From contig LGEZ01000002.1 in NCBI GenBank assembly GCA_001508005.1, positions 4,354 through 68,353 of the forward strand: 64,000 nucleotides of DNA, given 5' to 3'. Shown piece after piece: positions 9,252 to 20,758 of the stretch. The notes below the pieces were generated by a model, which made no database searches, was not told where the DNA came from, and worked only from the letters and a program-made list of their open reading frames with translations. A program made the translations under genes and the position numbers. Source of the stretch: Clostridia bacterium 41_269 (GTDB taxonomy: Bacteria > Bacillota > DTU086). Within the stretch, counting starts at the first letter, position 1. Every line of letters starts with the position of its first letter.

Positions 9252-10196
9252 ATGATTGGGACAGAGCTCTGTTCATTATTGGGAATAAAATATCCTATTT
9301 TTCAGGGGGGCATGGCTTGGATAGCAACCGGCGAACTGGCTGCAGCGGTTTCCAATGCAGGAGGATTGGGAATTATTGGTGCGGGAAATGCTCCTCCTGA
9401 AGTTGTTAGGGAAGAAATAAAAAAAGTAAAAGATTCCACTGATAATCCTTTTGGAGTGAATGTATATTATATGTCCCCCCATGTAGACGAAATAATTTCT
9501 TTAGTGATCGAAGAAAAAGTACCTGTAATTACAACAGGAGGAGGGAATCCTGGAAAACACGTAAGTGCCCTTAAAAATGCTGGAATTAAAGTTTTCCCAG
9601 TGGTTGCATCTGTTGCTTTGGCTAAGAGACTTGAAAAATTGGGTGTTGACGGTTTGATTGCTGAAGGCATGGAGTGCGGCGGGCATATTGGAGACGTAGC
9701 TACTATGCCCTTGGTTCCTCAAATAGTTAGGACAGTAAATCTCCCTGTAATTGCTGCAGGAGGTATTGCAACGGGAGAAGGGCTTGCGGCAGCACTTGCT
9801 TTGGGTGCAGTTGGGGTCCAAATGGGCACCAGGTTTATCTGTGCTTCGGAATGCACAGTACATAGAAACTATAAAGAAGCAGTGATAAAGGCAAAGGATA
9901 GGGATACGGTGGTGACAGGTTTTTCAGGTCATTATGTTAGGGTACTGAAAAATAAGCTGGCAAGGGAATTTAAAGAACTTGAGGCGCGGGGGGCATCCAA
10001 AGAAGAGTTTGAAGAGCTTGGTGCAGGCCGTCTAAAGAAAGCAGTTTTAGATGGAGATATTGAAAATGGTTCAGTAATGGCAGGGCAGATTGCTGCTTTG
10101 GTAAATGAAATAAAACCAGCAAAGGAGATCATTGAAGAAATAATTGCAGAGGCTAAAGAAGTTATATTGAGAATTTCAAGATATATAGAAAATTAG
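9252..10196 (+). CDS. fabK: Enoyl-ACP reductase II
   Basis: PIFQGGMAW, EGMECGGH, AAGGI, MAGQ. Confidence 0.93.
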   Translation: MIGTELCSLLGIKYPIFQGGMAWIATGELAAAVSNAGGLGIIGAGNAPPEVVREEIKKVKDSTDNPFGVNVYYMSPHVDEIISLVIEEKVPVITTGGGNPGKHVSALKNAGIKVFPVVASVALAKRLEKLGVDGLIAEGMECGGHIGDVATMPLVPQIVRTVNLPVIAAGGIATGEGLAAALALGAVGVQMGTRFICASECTVHRNYKEAVIKAKDRDTVVTGFSGHYVRVLKNKLAREFKELEARGASKEEFEELGAGRLKKAVLDGDIENGSVMAGQIAALVNEIKPAKEIIEEIIAEAKEVILRISRYIEN

Positions 10197-10217
10197 AATG
10201 GGGGTACTGCTGGCATA

Positions 10218-11153
10218 ATGCGTAAAACAGCTTTTATTTTTCCAGGCCAGGGTTCCCAATATGTGGGAATGGGAAGGGAGCTGGCAGAAAATTTTAGTGC
10301 CGCAGCAGAAGTTTTTTCAAAAGCCGATAAAGTTCTTAAGAAAAGTATTTCTTATTACTGTTTTGAAGGCCCTGAAGAAAAATTAAAAGATACTGTAATT
10401 ACACAGCCTGCTGTCTTAACTGTAAGCATGGCAGTTTTTGAACTGCTTAAAGGAGAAGGTATAGAGCCGGATTATGTTGCTGGGCATAGTTTAGGGGAGT
10501 ATACAGCTCTGGTTGCCTCAGGAGCTATGGATTTTGAAGATGCTTTAAAGTTGGTAGTTAAAAGGGCTCAATGGATGTCTGAGGCTGTGCCGGCTGGTGA
10601 AGGTGCCATGGCTGCAGTTATTGGTCTTGATGCGGAAAAAGTAGAAAAAATTTGTTCAGAAGCTAGTAATGAAGGTGTGGTAGAACCTGCTAACTATAAC
10701 TGTCCCGGACAGATAGTAGTTTCCGGCCACACAAGGGCAGTTCATAAAGCTATGGAATTGGCTAAAGAAGCCGGAGCAAAACGTGCTGTGCTTCTGCCGG
10801 TGAGCGGCCCTTTTCACTCAAAGTTGATGAAGCCTGTGGAAGAAAAGTTAAAGAAAGCACTAGAGAATGTGGAGATTAGAAAACCTAAATATGAATTTTT
10901 AGCAAATGTTACGGCTTCATTTACAGCTTCACCTCAGGAAATAAAAAACCTTCTTATTAAACAAGTCAGCAGTCCGGTTTTATGGCAGAAAATTATAGAG
11001 AATTTAATTAATATAAAAGTTAATGTATTTGTTGAAGTTGGTCCAGGAAAGGTGCTTAGCGGATTGGTTAAAAGAATAGATAGAAATGTTACTATTCTGA
11101 ATGTAGAGGATGAGAAAAGCTTTTCTTCAGTAAGGGATTTTTTAAAGGAGTGA
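10218..11153 (+). CDS. fabD: Malonyl-CoA:ACP transacylase
   Basis: FPGQGSQ, GHSLGE, VSGPFHS. Confidence 0.97.
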   Translation: MRKTAFIFPGQGSQYVGMGRELAENFSAAAEVFSKADKVLKKSISYYCFEGPEEKLKDTVITQPAVLTVSMAVFELLKGEGIEPDYVAGHSLGEYTALVASGAMDFEDALKLVVKRAQWMSEAVPAGEGAMAAVIGLDAEKVEKICSEASNEGVVEPANYNCPGQIVVSGHTRAVHKAMELAKEAGAKRAVLLPVSGPFHSKLMKPVEEKLKKALENVEIRKPKYEFLANVTASFTASPQEIKNLLIKQVSSPVLWQKIIENLINIKVNVFVEVGPGKVLSGLVKRIDRNVTILNVEDEKSFSSVRDFLKE

Positions 11154-11159
11154 AAAAGA

Positions 11160-11906
11160 ATGCTGCTTGAGGGGAAAATTGCCCTTGTTACAGGGGCTTC
11201 AAGGGGAATTGGACGAGCTGTTGCTTTAAAATTAGCTGAACATGGAGCTAAGGTTGGCATAAATTACTATAGCAGTGAAGATTCAGCAGAAGAAGTCAAA
11301 AAAGAAATTGAGAGTATGGGAGGAGAAGCTGTTCTTTTACGGGCTGATGTTTCAAATTACAATGAAGTAGAAGAAATGATTAAATCGATAACAGATAAAT
11401 TTGGAGGTCTTAATATTCTTGTTAATAATGCGGGTATTACCAAAGATAGTCTGCTCCTTCGCATGAAAATTGAGGACTGGAACAAAGTTTTAGAAATAAA
11501 TTTAACAGGGGTGTTCAACTGTACAAAAGCAGCGCTTAAACCGCTGCTTAAGTCGGATTATTCTACCATAGTTAATATAACATCAGTCATTGGACAGATT
11601 GGCAATATCGGTCAGAGTAGTTATGCATCAGCAAAAGCAGGTGTCATTGGGTTTACTAAAGCAGTAGCCCGGGAATTGGCTGCTAAAAACATAAGGGTGA
11701 ATGCTGTGGCACCAGGTTTTATTGAAACTGATATGACAGCTGGACTTCCTGATAAATTTAAGGACCAGTTTAAAGAGCAGATACCTTTAAAGAGATTTGG
11801 AAGTCCTGAAGAGGTAGCTGAAGTGGTATTGTTTTTATCATCTCCTCGAGCAAGCTACATAACAGGACAGATAATCAACGTAGATGGTGGTTTAGTAATG
11901 TTGTAA
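11160..11906 (+). CDS. fabG: 3-oxoacyl-ACP reductase
   Basis: TGASRGIG, NNAGIT, YASAK. Confidence 0.97.
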   Translation: MLLEGKIALVTGASRGIGRAVALKLAEHGAKVGINYYSSEDSAEEVKKEIESMGGEAVLLRADVSNYNEVEEMIKSITDKFGGLNILVNNAGITKDSLLLRMKIEDWNKVLEINLTGVFNCTKAALKPLLKSDYSTIVNITSVIGQIGNIGQSSYASAKAGVIGFTKAVARELAAKNIRVNAVAPGFIETDMTAGLPDKFKDQFKEQIPLKRFGSPEEVAEVVLFLSSPRASYITGQIINVDGGLVML

Positions 11907-11977
11907 AATGTGAAAAGATAGGTATTATACTTAAAAGGGTATGTTATAAAATATAAGAAATGAGAGGGGGTGAAAAG

Positions 11978-12214
11978 GTGGCTGTATTTGAAACAATTAA
12001 GCGCATTGTGTCTGACCAACTGGGAGTGGAGGAAGAAGAAATAACCGAAGCAACATCCTTTGAGGATTTAAATGCTGACTCCTTAGATATTGTAGAATTG
12101 ATCATGGCATTAGAAGAAGAATTTGATATTGAAATTCCCGATGAGGATGCGGAGAAGCTGACTACAGTGGGAGCAGCAGTTGAATATGTTAAGGCTAAAA
12201 TCGGGGAAGAATAG
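11978..12214 (+). CDS. acpP: Acyl carrier protein
   Basis: [12 protein letters not shown]; GTG start behind RBS. Confidence 0.97.
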   Translation: MAVFETIKRIVSDQLGVEEEEITEATSFEDLNADSLDIVELIMALEEEFDIEIPDEDAEKLTTVGAAVEYVKAKIGEE

Positions 12215-12265
12215 AAGTCATATTTTCCCTATCTACCTTCCCTTTATTTCTGTATATTTTTAAAC

Positions 12266-12295
12266 ATCCCGTAGTACTTCCTACGGGATTTTCTT
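12266..12295 (+). terminator. Terminator/attenuating hairpin after acpP
   Basis: ATCCCGTAG/CTACGGGAT plus T-rich tail. Confidence 0.7.
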
Positions 12296-12330
12296 AATAG
12301 AAGCGGTATGCGGCGTAAGGGGGAAATTAT

Positions 12331-13590
12331 ATGAAGAAAAATAGGGTGGTCATAACTGGAATAGGAGTTATTTCTCCTGTGGGAACAGGGAAAGAGAAGT
12401 TTTGGGAAGCATTGATTGAAGGAAGAAGCGGTATATCAGAAATAACTCACTTTGATGTAAAGGATTACCCCACAAAAATTGCAGGAGAAGTAAAAGATTT
12501 CAACCCCTTTGATTATATCGACAAAAAAGATGTTAAAAGGATGGACCGCTTTGCTCAGTTTGCAGTGGCGGCTGGAAAAATGGCAGTGGAAGATGCAGGA
12601 TTAAATCTTGAAAAACTTGATAAAGATAGGGTCGGGGTTATATTAGGTACAGGTATTGGTGGTACAGAAACCTTTGAACAGCAGCATGAAATACTGCTTA
12701 ACAAAGGGCCAAACCGTGTGAGTCCTTTTTTCATACCTATGATGATTGGAAATATGGGAGCTGGACAAATTTCCATTCAGCTGGGCCTTAAAGGCCCAAA
12801 TATTACTATTGTAAATGCCTGTGCTTCCGGTGCCAATGCAGTTGGAGAAGCATTTAAAGTTCTTCAGAGGGGAGATGCCGATGTCGTATTAAGCGGGGGA
12901 TCAGAAGCTGCATTAACTCCCATGTCTCTTGCCGGCTTTTGTACTATGAAAGCTATGACAACTTATAATGCTGAGCCCCAAAGAGCAAGCAGACCCTTTG
13001 ATGCGAAAAGGGATGGTTTTGTGCTCAGTGAAGGGGCTGGTATAGTTGTTTTGGAGACCCTTGAGCATGCTGAAGCCAGAGGGGCAAGAATTTATGCAGA
13101 AGTAATTGGATACGGCTGTACAGCGGATGCGTATCATATTACTGCTCCTGCTCCTGATGGAGAAGGTGCAGTTAAGGCAATGCAAAGAGCCCTGGATGAT
13201 GCAGGGATAGAACCAAAAGATGTAGATTACATTAATGCCCACGGTACTTCAACCCAACTCAATGATAAGTATGAAACCTTGGCCATAAAAAGGGTATTTG
13301 GTGATCATGCATATTCATTGGCCGTAAGCTCAACTAAATCTATGATTGGACATTTGCTTGGAGCTGCGGGAGCAGTGGAAATTATAGTAACTGCCCTTAC
13401 GGTTTTTGAAGGAATCATTACACCCACTATTAATTATGAAAATCCTGATCCTGATTGTGATTTGGACTATGTTCCCAATAAAAGCCGGCGTGCAGTAGTT
13501 ACTACCGCTTTATCCAACTCATTAGGATTTGGTGGACACAATGCAACAGTTGTGGTGCGCAGATATGAAAATAATGGCGGTGATAAATGA
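12331..13590 (+). CDS. fabF: 3-oxoacyl-ACP synthase II
   Basis: [25 protein letters not shown]. Confidence 0.97.
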   Translation: MKKNRVVITGIGVISPVGTGKEKFWEALIEGRSGISEITHFDVKDYPTKIAGEVKDFNPFDYIDKKDVKRMDRFAQFAVAAGKMAVEDAGLNLEKLDKDRVGVILGTGIGGTETFEQQHEILLNKGPNRVSPFFIPMMIGNMGAGQISIQLGLKGPNITIVNACASGANAVGEAFKVLQRGDADVVLSGGSEAALTPMSLAGFCTMKAMTTYNAEPQRASRPFDAKRDGFVLSEGAGIVVLETLEHAEARGARIYAEVIGYGCTADAYHITAPAPDGEGAVKAMQRALDDAGIEPKDVDYINAHGTSTQLNDKYETLAIKRVFGDHAYSLAVSSTKSMIGHLLGAAGAVEIIVTALTVFEGIITPTINYENPDPDCDLDYVPNKSRRAVVTTALSNSLGFGGHNATVVVRRYENNGGDK

Positions 13591-14300
13591 TGAAATCCTC
13601 CAATAGATCATTGGAATCCCTGCAGCAGAAAATAGGAATTAAGTTTGATAATATAAATACTCTGTTAACTGCGCTGACTCATCCCACATATGTATTTGAG
13701 AAGAGAAATGTTCGTGAGCACAACCAAAGGCTTGAATTTTTAGGTGATGCTGTTTTAGGAATGATTGTGGCGGAATTTCTTTACAAGAATTATCCTAATA
13801 AATCTGAAGGAGATCTAACAAAATTGAGAGCCAGTTTGGTTTGTGAAAGTTCCCTTGCAAAAAACGCCCGTAGAATAGATTTAGGTGACTATTTATTTAT
13901 GGGTAAAGGAGAAGATATTTCCGGAGGAAGACAGCGCCAATCCATACTTGCAGATAGTTATGAGGCGTTGGTAGGAGCAATTTATCTGGACAGAGGGCTC
14001 GATGCCGCTCGCAGTTTTGTGGTTAGGGATTTAAAAACTCTCCTTAATGAAGGTGTTGAGAGTACTTTTAAAGATTATAAAACCCTTCTTCAAGAACTTG
14101 TGCAAAAAAAATATAATGAAAATGTTTCTTATTCCATACTAGAAGAAAGCGGTCCTGACCATGATAAAAATTTTGTGGCGGGAGTATTTTTTAAAGGGAA
14201 GCTTTTAACAAAAGGCAGCGGAAAAAGTAAAAAGGAAGCGGAACAGGAAGCAGCTAAATATGCATATAGCATCTTAATGGATAAAGATAATGTGAATTAA
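13587..14300 (+). CDS. rnc: Ribonuclease III
   Basis: [12 protein letters not shown] signature plus dsRBD. Confidence 0.97.
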   Translation: MMKSSNRSLESLQQKIGIKFDNINTLLTALTHPTYVFEKRNVREHNQRLEFLGDAVLGMIVAEFLYKNYPNKSEGDLTKLRASLVCESSLAKNARRIDLGDYLFMGKGEDISGGRQRQSILADSYEALVGAIYLDRGLDAARSFVVRDLKTLLNEGVESTFKDYKTLLQELVQKKYNENVSYSILEESGPDHDKNFVAGVFFKGKLLTKGSGKSKKEAEQEAAKYAYSILMDKDNVN

Positions 14301-14330
14301 CTGCTCTTGAAAAGGGCGGTTTTTTTATTT
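14299..14330 (+). terminator. Terminator after rnc
   Basis: AACTGCTCTT/AAGGGCGGTT plus T-run. Confidence 0.8.
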
Positions 14331-14391
14331 GTCTAAATTTTTAAGAAAAACATGTTAAAATAGACTAAAAATACCTAGGGCAGGTGTCCCA

Positions 14392-17300
14392 ATGCTAATT
14401 ACAAGAATAGAAGTACAAGGATTTAAATCTTTTTTTGGTAAGGAAACAATGGAAATAAGCCCCGGTATAAATGTTATAGTTGGGCCCAATGGCAGCGGCA
14501 AAAGCAATCTTATTGATGCTTTTAATTGGGTTTTAGGGGAACAGAGTATTAAAGCCCTGAGAGGAGAACGATATGAAGATGTAATTTTTGCAGGATCAAG
14601 CAGTAGGAAACCCGTGGGTATGGCTCAGGTTTCCCTTTTTATAGATAATTCCGACGGCTTTCTACCCTTGGATTATAGTGAAATAATGATTACTCGAAGA
14701 CTTTACCGTTCAGGTGAAAGCCAGTTTTTTATAAATAAGGTTCCCTGCAGGCTTCGAGATATAAGGGAACTTTTTATGGGTACGGGCTCGGGAAAAAATG
14801 CTGTAACAGTTATTAATCAGGGGCAGGTGGACCAGGTATTAAATGCTAAACCCCATCAGAGAAGGGAGATTTTAGAAGAAGCATTGGGTATCTCTAAGCA
14901 CCTTATTAAGCTTAGGGACACTAGGGAATATCTTGTAGAGATAAAAAACAATATGGATCAGTTGGAGATTTTTTTTGAAAATATGGAAAAAAGCATGGTT
15001 TATCTTAAAAAAGAGGCTGAAAAAGCTTTTGAATATATGAAATTGAGGGGAAAATTGGAATATATTAATGCAGCTATTGCAGCCTGGGAAATAAAAAAAT
15101 TGGTTAGGGAAATTTACAGCTGCAGCAGGGATATAGAGGCAATTAGCCTTTTTAAGGAAAAACTCACTCTCCAAAGGGATATATTTGAAAGGCTTTTATC
15201 CCATAGTGCAGCATACAAAAAGAGGATTACCTTGTTAAAGGAAAAAATTACCGATAGGATCCATAATGTCAGATTGGATAAGGAAAAGCTTACTCTTCGA
15301 GTAGAAGATTTAGAAAGAATGTTGGAAGAGCTAAAAGGGAGATATTCAATAATTTCAAAAAATTTGGAGGCTTTAAACAGAGAGAAAAACACTATTACAG
15401 AAAAAATCTATGTTTGTGAAAAAGAAAAAATAAAAATCCAGGAAAATACAGCAGACATTCGGAAAAAACTTGAAAACTGCAGCAGTGAGGTTCAGCGGAT
15501 TGATGAGGAAATTAATGGTCTTGAAAGCAAAATCACCAAGATACACAGCGGTATTTTAACTGTATTGGAAAGGGCTTCAAAAATAAAAAATGAATTGGTT
15601 TCCGAAGAAAAAGAGCATCAGAGTTTAAAAAATGAACGGCAGAGAAATTTAGATAGAATAAATTATTTAGATAAAAAGATAGAAAATTTGCGGGGGAAAA
15701 TAAATTCCCTTTCCCGTGCCATACAGGAATTAATATTAAAGAAAAAGCAGCTGAGGAGCTTCGAAGATAGATGTTTCCAAAAGCTTAAAAATCTTGAGCT
15801 GCAGATAAAGGAAATAAATGATGACCTTAAAAAAACTGAGGAGGAACTTCAACATGTAAGTTCTAAGCGAAAAACTTTGGAGAGGATGGTAAATAATTAT
15901 GAAGGATATAAAAAAGAAGTTGTTCAGCTGCTGAGGAGTAAAAAAAATTTTTTAAAGGGCTTTTATGGTGTCGTGGGTGATCTAATTAAAGTCCCCACAC
16001 CATATCGGGAGGCTTTGGAGGTATGTCTTGGTTCTAGGATTAATAATGTGGTGGTGGAAAGTGCTGATGATGCCAAGAGAGCAATTGAATATCTGAGAGA
16101 AAAGTCTGGGGGAAGGATAACCTTTTTGCCTCTTGACACCATTGTAGGTTCAAAAATTTCTCCCAAAGTATTGGAAAAACTTCCTCACGAGGCCTTAATA
16201 GCTGCTGATATAGTGGAAGTAGAGGAAAATCTAAAACCTGCTGTTGAGTATTTATTAGGGAAAATATTGGTAGTAAATAATCTTGATGAAGCATTAAGTG
16301 TTGCGAAGGCAGTTAAATTTCGATATACCGTTGTTACAAAAAGTGGAGATATAATACATCCCGGCGGTGCCCTTACTGGGGGAAGTAGAAAAGTAACTGC
16401 ACCGGGCATTCTTGGACGTAAGGAAGATCTTTATGGTCTCTTAGAGAAGGAAAAAATGCTTAGGGGGAAAAAAACAAAGCTGTCTGAAGAAAAAGAAAAA
16501 CTGGAACATCAGTATAAAAATGAAAGGGAGAAGTATGAAGAGATAACTTTAGAGCTGAAAAATATAAGCCTCCACTTAAAGGAAGAACAAATAACCATGG
16601 AGTATGTAAAAAATCAAATTAAAGATGCGGAAAGGGAAAAACTTATTTTGACTAAAGAAATTGAGCAGATAGGTGCAGAGATCAAACACTTAGAAGAAAA
16701 AATCCAATTTCTAAAAAATAAGCCGAAAAGAAAAGAAGCAACAGTCCTAAAGCTGAAGGAGAAAGCACAAAGCTATGAAGAAAAAGTCCTGCGGCTGAAA
16801 AAATTAAGGGATGAGCTAAATGGATTGTTGAATTCATACAAAAATTCCTTATCTGAGGCTGAGCAAAGAAAGTTAAGTTTGGAAAAGGAATTGGAATTTT
16901 TAAAAACCTATAAAAGACAAAAAGAAGAGGAATTTTATAGTAAAAAGGAAGAATTAAAAAATTTGAGCAGGCAGATAGAAGACTTAGAGAAAAATATTTT
17001 TAACCTTCAGTACGAAGTTAAACGCTACAAAGAAAAGGAAAAAATTTTATTGAATAGGTTGGATTCAGTTAATGGGAAATTAAAAATTTTATCCCAAAAG
17101 GAATCCAAGTACTGTGATGTTGTAAATAAAATAAACAAAAAATTGGAAAAATTAATGCTTATTGAGAGAAAATTGGAAAACAGAAGGTTATCTTTGGAGC
17201 TTACTTTTGAAAATTTAGATAAGAAACTTAGTAATGTTGATCATGCAGCATTGGAAAAATTTTTAAGGGGGATAACCGGGGTTAATAAGAAAACCTTTGA

Positions 17301-17940
17301 AGTGCAGCGGGAATTAAAAAATAAAATACTGCGTCTGGAACCGGTAAATCTTTCAACAATGGAAGAGTATGATATGTATTTATCAGAAAGAAAAAAGATA
17401 AAATCGCAGTTGGATGATTTACAGAATGCTTATGAACATTTGAAATACATTGAGAAAACGCTGACCAAAAAGATAGAAAAAATTTATATTGATTTTTTTG
17501 AAAGGATAAAGAAAAGATTCAATGAGGTTTATTGTGATTTATTTGAAGGTGGCTCAGCTGAACTAGCTATTACAGAAGATGGAGATAGTCCTTTAAATTC
17601 AGGAATAGAAATTACTGTCAGTCCTCCTGGGAAAAAAACAAAAAACCTATCCCTTTTATCAGGAGGGGAAAGGGCTTTAACAGCACTGGCATTTCTTTTT
17701 GCCATTTTAAAAGAAAGAAAAAGTCCTTTTTGTATTTTAGACGAAGTGGATACTTCCCTTGATGATGTTAATGTCCAGAGATTTGCGCGTTATTTGATAG
17801 AATGTTCTTCTTCTACTCAGTTTATTGTTGTTTCCCACAGGCAGGGAACAATGGAAATAGCTGATACCCTTTACGGCGTAACAATGCCTGAACAGGGGAT
17901 TTCAAAAATTATGTCCTTGAAGCTGCGCGATGCAGGATAA
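14392..17940 (+). CDS. smc: Chromosome segregation protein SMC
   Basis: GPNGSGKSN, hinge GRITFLPLD/GGALTGG, LSGGE, DEVD; rnc-smc-ftsY synteny. Confidence 0.96.
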   Translation: MLITRIEVQGFKSFFGKETMEISPGINVIVGPNGSGKSNLIDAFNWVLGEQSIKALRGERYEDVIFAGSSSRKPVGMAQVSLFIDNSDGFLPLDYSEIMITRRLYRSGESQFFINKVPCRLRDIRELFMGTGSGKNAVTVINQGQVDQVLNAKPHQRREILEEALGISKHLIKLRDTREYLVEIKNNMDQLEIFFENMEKSMVYLKKEAEKAFEYMKLRGKLEYINAAIAAWEIKKLVREIYSCSRDIEAISLFKEKLTLQRDIFERLLSHSAAYKKRITLLKEKITDRIHNVRLDKEKLTLRVEDLERMLEELKGRYSIISKNLEALNREKNTITEKIYVCEKEKIKIQENTADIRKKLENCSSEVQRIDEEINGLESKITKIHSGILTVLERASKIKNELVSEEKEHQSLKNERQRNLDRINYLDKKIENLRGKINSLSRAIQELILKKKQLRSFEDRCFQKLKNLELQIKEINDDLKKTEEELQHVSSKRKTLERMVNNYEGYKKEVVQLLRSKKNFLKGFYGVVGDLIKVPTPYREALEVCLGSRINNVVVESADDAKRAIEYLREKSGGRITFLPLDTIVGSKISPKVLEKLPHEALIAADIVEVEENLKPAVEYLLGKILVVNNLDEALSVAKAVKFRYTVVTKSGDIIHPGGALTGGSRKVTAPGILGRKEDLYGLLEKEKMLRGKKTKLSEEKEKLEHQYKNEREKYEEITLELKNISLHLKEEQITMEYVKNQIKDAEREKLILTKEIEQIGAEIKHLEEKIQFLKNKPKRKEATVLKLKEKAQSYEEKVLRLKKLRDELNGLLNSYKNSLSEAEQRKLSLEKELEFLKTYKRQKEEEFYSKKEELKNLSRQIEDLEKNIFNLQYEVKRYKEKEKILLNRLDSVNGKLKILSQKESKYCDVVNKINKKLEKLMLIERKLENRRLSLELTFENLDKKLSNVDHAALEKFLRGITGVNKKTFEVQRELKNKILRLEPVNLSTMEEYDMYLSERKKIKSQLDDLQNAYEHLKYIEKTLTKKIEKIYIDFFERIKKRFNEVYCDLFEGGSAELAITEDGDSPLNSGIEITVSPPGKKTKNLSLLSGGERALTALAFLFAILKERKSPFCILDEVDTSLDDVNVQRFARYLIECSSSTQFIVVSHRQGTMEIADTLYGVTMPEQGISKIMSLKLRDAG

Positions 17941-17954
17941 GAGGAGGGAGTATC

Positions 17955-18884
17955 ATGCCTGAAATTATTGGGAAGCTGAAAAATAGGCTTTCTAAAACAA
18001 GAGATGCATTATTTGGCGGCCTTAAGTCTTTGGTTGGGGGAAGAAAATTAGATGAGGAATTATTTGAAGAAATTGAAGATGTATTAATACAGGGAGACTT
18101 GGGAATAAACACTGTGCTTGAATTAATGGAATTCGTAAGAAAAGAAGTTAAGGCCAAAGGTATTAATAACAGTGATGAGGTATTATCGCTCATTAAACAA
18201 AAAATAGAAGATATATTAAAGGAAAACTGTGAGCCCCTTAAGTTGATATCAGGGCAGCTGAATGTAATTATGGTTGTAGGAGTTAATGGTGTTGGTAAGA
18301 CTACTTCCATTGCAAAACTGGCTAATAAATTTAAAAAAGACGGGAAAAGGGTTCTTTTGGGAGCTGCAGATACTTTTAGAGCAGCTGCCATTGAACAGCT
18401 GGAAGAGTGGGCGGGGCGCCTTGGTATCGAAGTGATAAAACAACAGGAGGGTTCAGACCCTGCAGCCGTAGCCTTTGATGCTCTTAAAGCTGCCCAATCC
18501 AGAAAGGCAGATGTTTTGATAATTGATACTGCTGGACGCCTGCAGACTAAGAAAAATTTAATGGAGGAAATTAAAAAAATTAAAAGAGTTATCAGCAGAG
18601 AAATGTCCGGTGCTCCCCATGAGGTACTTTTGGTGCTGGATGCTACCACAGGGCAAAATGCGATTTCTCAGGCTAAATTGTTTAACGAGGCTCTAGAACT
18701 TACAGGAATAATTCTTACGAAGCTTGATGGTACAGCCAAAGGTGGAATTATTGTGCCCATTGTTAATGAACTGGGTATACCTGTCAAATTTATTGGAGTA
18801 GGAGAAGGCATTGAGGACCTTTATGAGTTTGATCCAGCTAAATTCAGTGAAGCACTTTTTGATGCAGAAGGGGGTATGAATTAA
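17955..18884 (+). CDS. ftsY: SRP receptor
   Basis: GVNGVGKTT, DTFRAAA, DTAGR, TKLDGTAKGG. Confidence 0.97.
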   Translation: MPEIIGKLKNRLSKTRDALFGGLKSLVGGRKLDEELFEEIEDVLIQGDLGINTVLELMEFVRKEVKAKGINNSDEVLSLIKQKIEDILKENCEPLKLISGQLNVIMVVGVNGVGKTTSIAKLANKFKKDGKRVLLGAADTFRAAAIEQLEEWAGRLGIEVIKQQEGSDPAAVAFDALKAAQSRKADVLIIDTAGRLQTKKNLMEEIKKIKRVISREMSGAPHEVLLVLDATTGQNAISQAKLFNEALELTGIILTKLDGTAKGGIIVPIVNELGIPVKFIGVGEGIEDLYEFDPAKFSEALFDAEGGMN

Positions 18885-19684
18885 TGAATGCGGATATTGG
18901 AATCATTGGAGGTACAGGACTGTACAATGCTGATATGCTGGAAAATATAAAGGAATACACGATTAACACAGTGTATGGTGATGCTGTGGTCCTAGTAGGC
19001 TGTTTTGCTGGAAAATCCATTGCATTTCTACCCAGACATGGAAAAAAGCATACGGTTCCACCGCACCTCATTAATTACAGAGCAAATATAACGGCTCTTC
19101 AGGAAATAGGAGTAAAGCATATAATTGCAACGGCCTCTGTTGGTTCTTTAAATATGAATATGAAGCCAGGGGATTTTGTTATTATTGATCAATTTATTGA
19201 CTTTACAAAATTTCGACCCCTAACTTTTTACGATGGTGGGGAAAATGGGGTAGTTCATACTGATATGACGGAACCTTACTGCCCACGGCTTAGAAAAATC
19301 CTAATTGATCTTTCTGCAGATATTGATACTGATGTTCATCCTAAAGGAGTATATGTTTGTACGGAGGGTCCACGATTTGAAACCCCTGCGGAAATAAAAA
19401 TGTTTCAGAAACTTGGAGGAGACGTAGTAGGAATGACAAATGTTCCTGAAGTGGTGCTGGCAAGGGAAAAGGGAATCTGCTATGCAGCTGTTGCTGTGGT
19501 TACCAATTACGCAGCGGGCATTTCTTCTGCACCTTTAACCCATGAAGAAGTTGTACAGGCTATGAACAGGAATCTGAATATAGTTAGGGATTTGATTTTT
19601 AAAGCTGCGGAAAAAATTTTTAACTCCCATTATAATGATAACAGCTGCGGATGCCGAAGCATCCCAGGTCCCGTATCCAATTAA
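18884..19684 (+). CDS. mtnP: S-methyl-5'-thioadenosine/thioinosine phosphorylase
   Basis: IGIIGGTG, RHG..H..PPH..NYRAN, EGPRFET, VGMT. Confidence 0.9.
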   Translation: MNADIGIIGGTGLYNADMLENIKEYTINTVYGDAVVLVGCFAGKSIAFLPRHGKKHTVPPHLINYRANITALQEIGVKHIIATASVGSLNMNMKPGDFVIIDQFIDFTKFRPLTFYDGGENGVVHTDMTEPYCPRLRKILIDLSADIDTDVHPKGVYVCTEGPRFETPAEIKMFQKLGGDVVGMTNVPEVVLAREKGICYAAVAVVTNYAAGISSAPLTHEEVVQAMNRNLNIVRDLIFKAAEKIFNSHYNDNSCGCRSIPGPVSN

Positions 19685-19705
19685 GAATTTTTGGAGGTAT
19701 TAGTT

Positions 19706-20758
19706 ATGCAGTCAATTTTATGGAAAGATACCTATCTTGAATTAATTGACCAAACTAAACTTCCTAACAGCGTTGAATATGTTCAATGTCGAACATATAA
19801 AGATGTTGGCGAAGCCATAAAAACTATGAAAGTAAGAGGAGCACCAGCTATTGGTGCTGCTGCAGCTTTTGGAATTGTGTTGGGCAGTTATGAGGTGAAA
19901 GATGCTTCCCCAGAAAAAATAATAAACCATCTTAAAAAAGTAGGAGATGAGCTTGTTTTTACCCGACCTACTGCCGTAAATCTTAAATGGGCTGTATCTA
20001 GAATGCTTGACAGAGCAGAAAAAGCTCTTTACTCGAAATCTGATATTATAAAAGAGCTGGTCAATGAGGCAGTATCCATATACGAAGAAGACTTGAAGAT
20101 TAATAAGGCCATTGGTAAGCATGGTGAGAAAGTTGTACCTGATGAAGCAGTAATTCTTACCCACTGCAATGCAGGCTCTTTAGCCACGGTGGGATACGGT
20201 ACTGCTCTTGGAGTAATAAGGGCAGCAAAAGAAGCAGGCAAGAAAGTTTCGGTTGTTGCCTGTGAAGCCAGACCAAATTTTCAGGGTGCGAGATTGACCA
20301 CATGGGAATTGCTGAGAGATGGATTTGATGTCAAACTTATTGTAGATTCTGCTACTGGATACATTATGAAGAAAGGTTTAATTGATTTAGTTGTTGTGGG
20401 AGCAGACAGAATAGCCTCCAATGGTGATACAGCCAACAAAATTGGGACTTATTCTTTGGCTGTTCTGGCGAAACATCATGGAATTCCTTTTTATGTAGCT
20501 GCTCCTTCTTCTACCTTTGATTTAGATTTAAAAGATGGTACGCAAATTCCTGTAGAAGAAAGGGATCCCGAGGAAGTGCGGGTAATTGGTAGCACCCGTA
20601 TTGCTCCGGAAGAGGTGGAAGTTATTAATTATGTTTTTGATATAACTCCGGGAAGTTTAATAACGGGAATTATTACAGAATATGGAATAATCGAAAGGGA
20701 AAAGGTCTGTGAGGCGGGAAGCTGGCTTAAAAAAATGAAATCGGAGGTAGAACAATGA
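19706..20758 (+). CDS. mtnA: Methylthioribose-1-phosphate isomerase
   Basis: VRGAPAIG, RPTAVNL, THCNAGSLAT, GDTANKIG. Confidence 0.95.
   Translation: MQSILWKDTYLELIDQTKLPNSVEYVQCRTYKDVGEAIKTMKVRGAPAIGAAAAFGIVLGSYEVKDASPEKIINHLKKVGDELVFTRPTAVNLKWAVSRMLDRAEKALYSKSDIIKELVNEAVSIYEEDLKINKAIGKHGEKVVPDEAVILTHCNAGSLATVGYGTALGVIRAAKEAGKKVSVVACEARPNFQGARLTTWELLRDGFDVKLIVDSATGYIMKKGLIDLVVVGADRIASNGDTANKIGTYSLAVLAKHHGIPFYVAAPSSTFDLDLKDGTQIPVEERDPEEVRVIGSTRIAPEEVEVINYVFDITPGSLITGIITEYGIIEREKVCEAGSWLKKMKSEVEQ

Noticed and set aside
14392-17940. Wadjet/MksBEF or other SMC-based defence system
   Set aside because: Canonical hinge-containing SMC in rnc-smc-ftsY context, with no jet/mks partners
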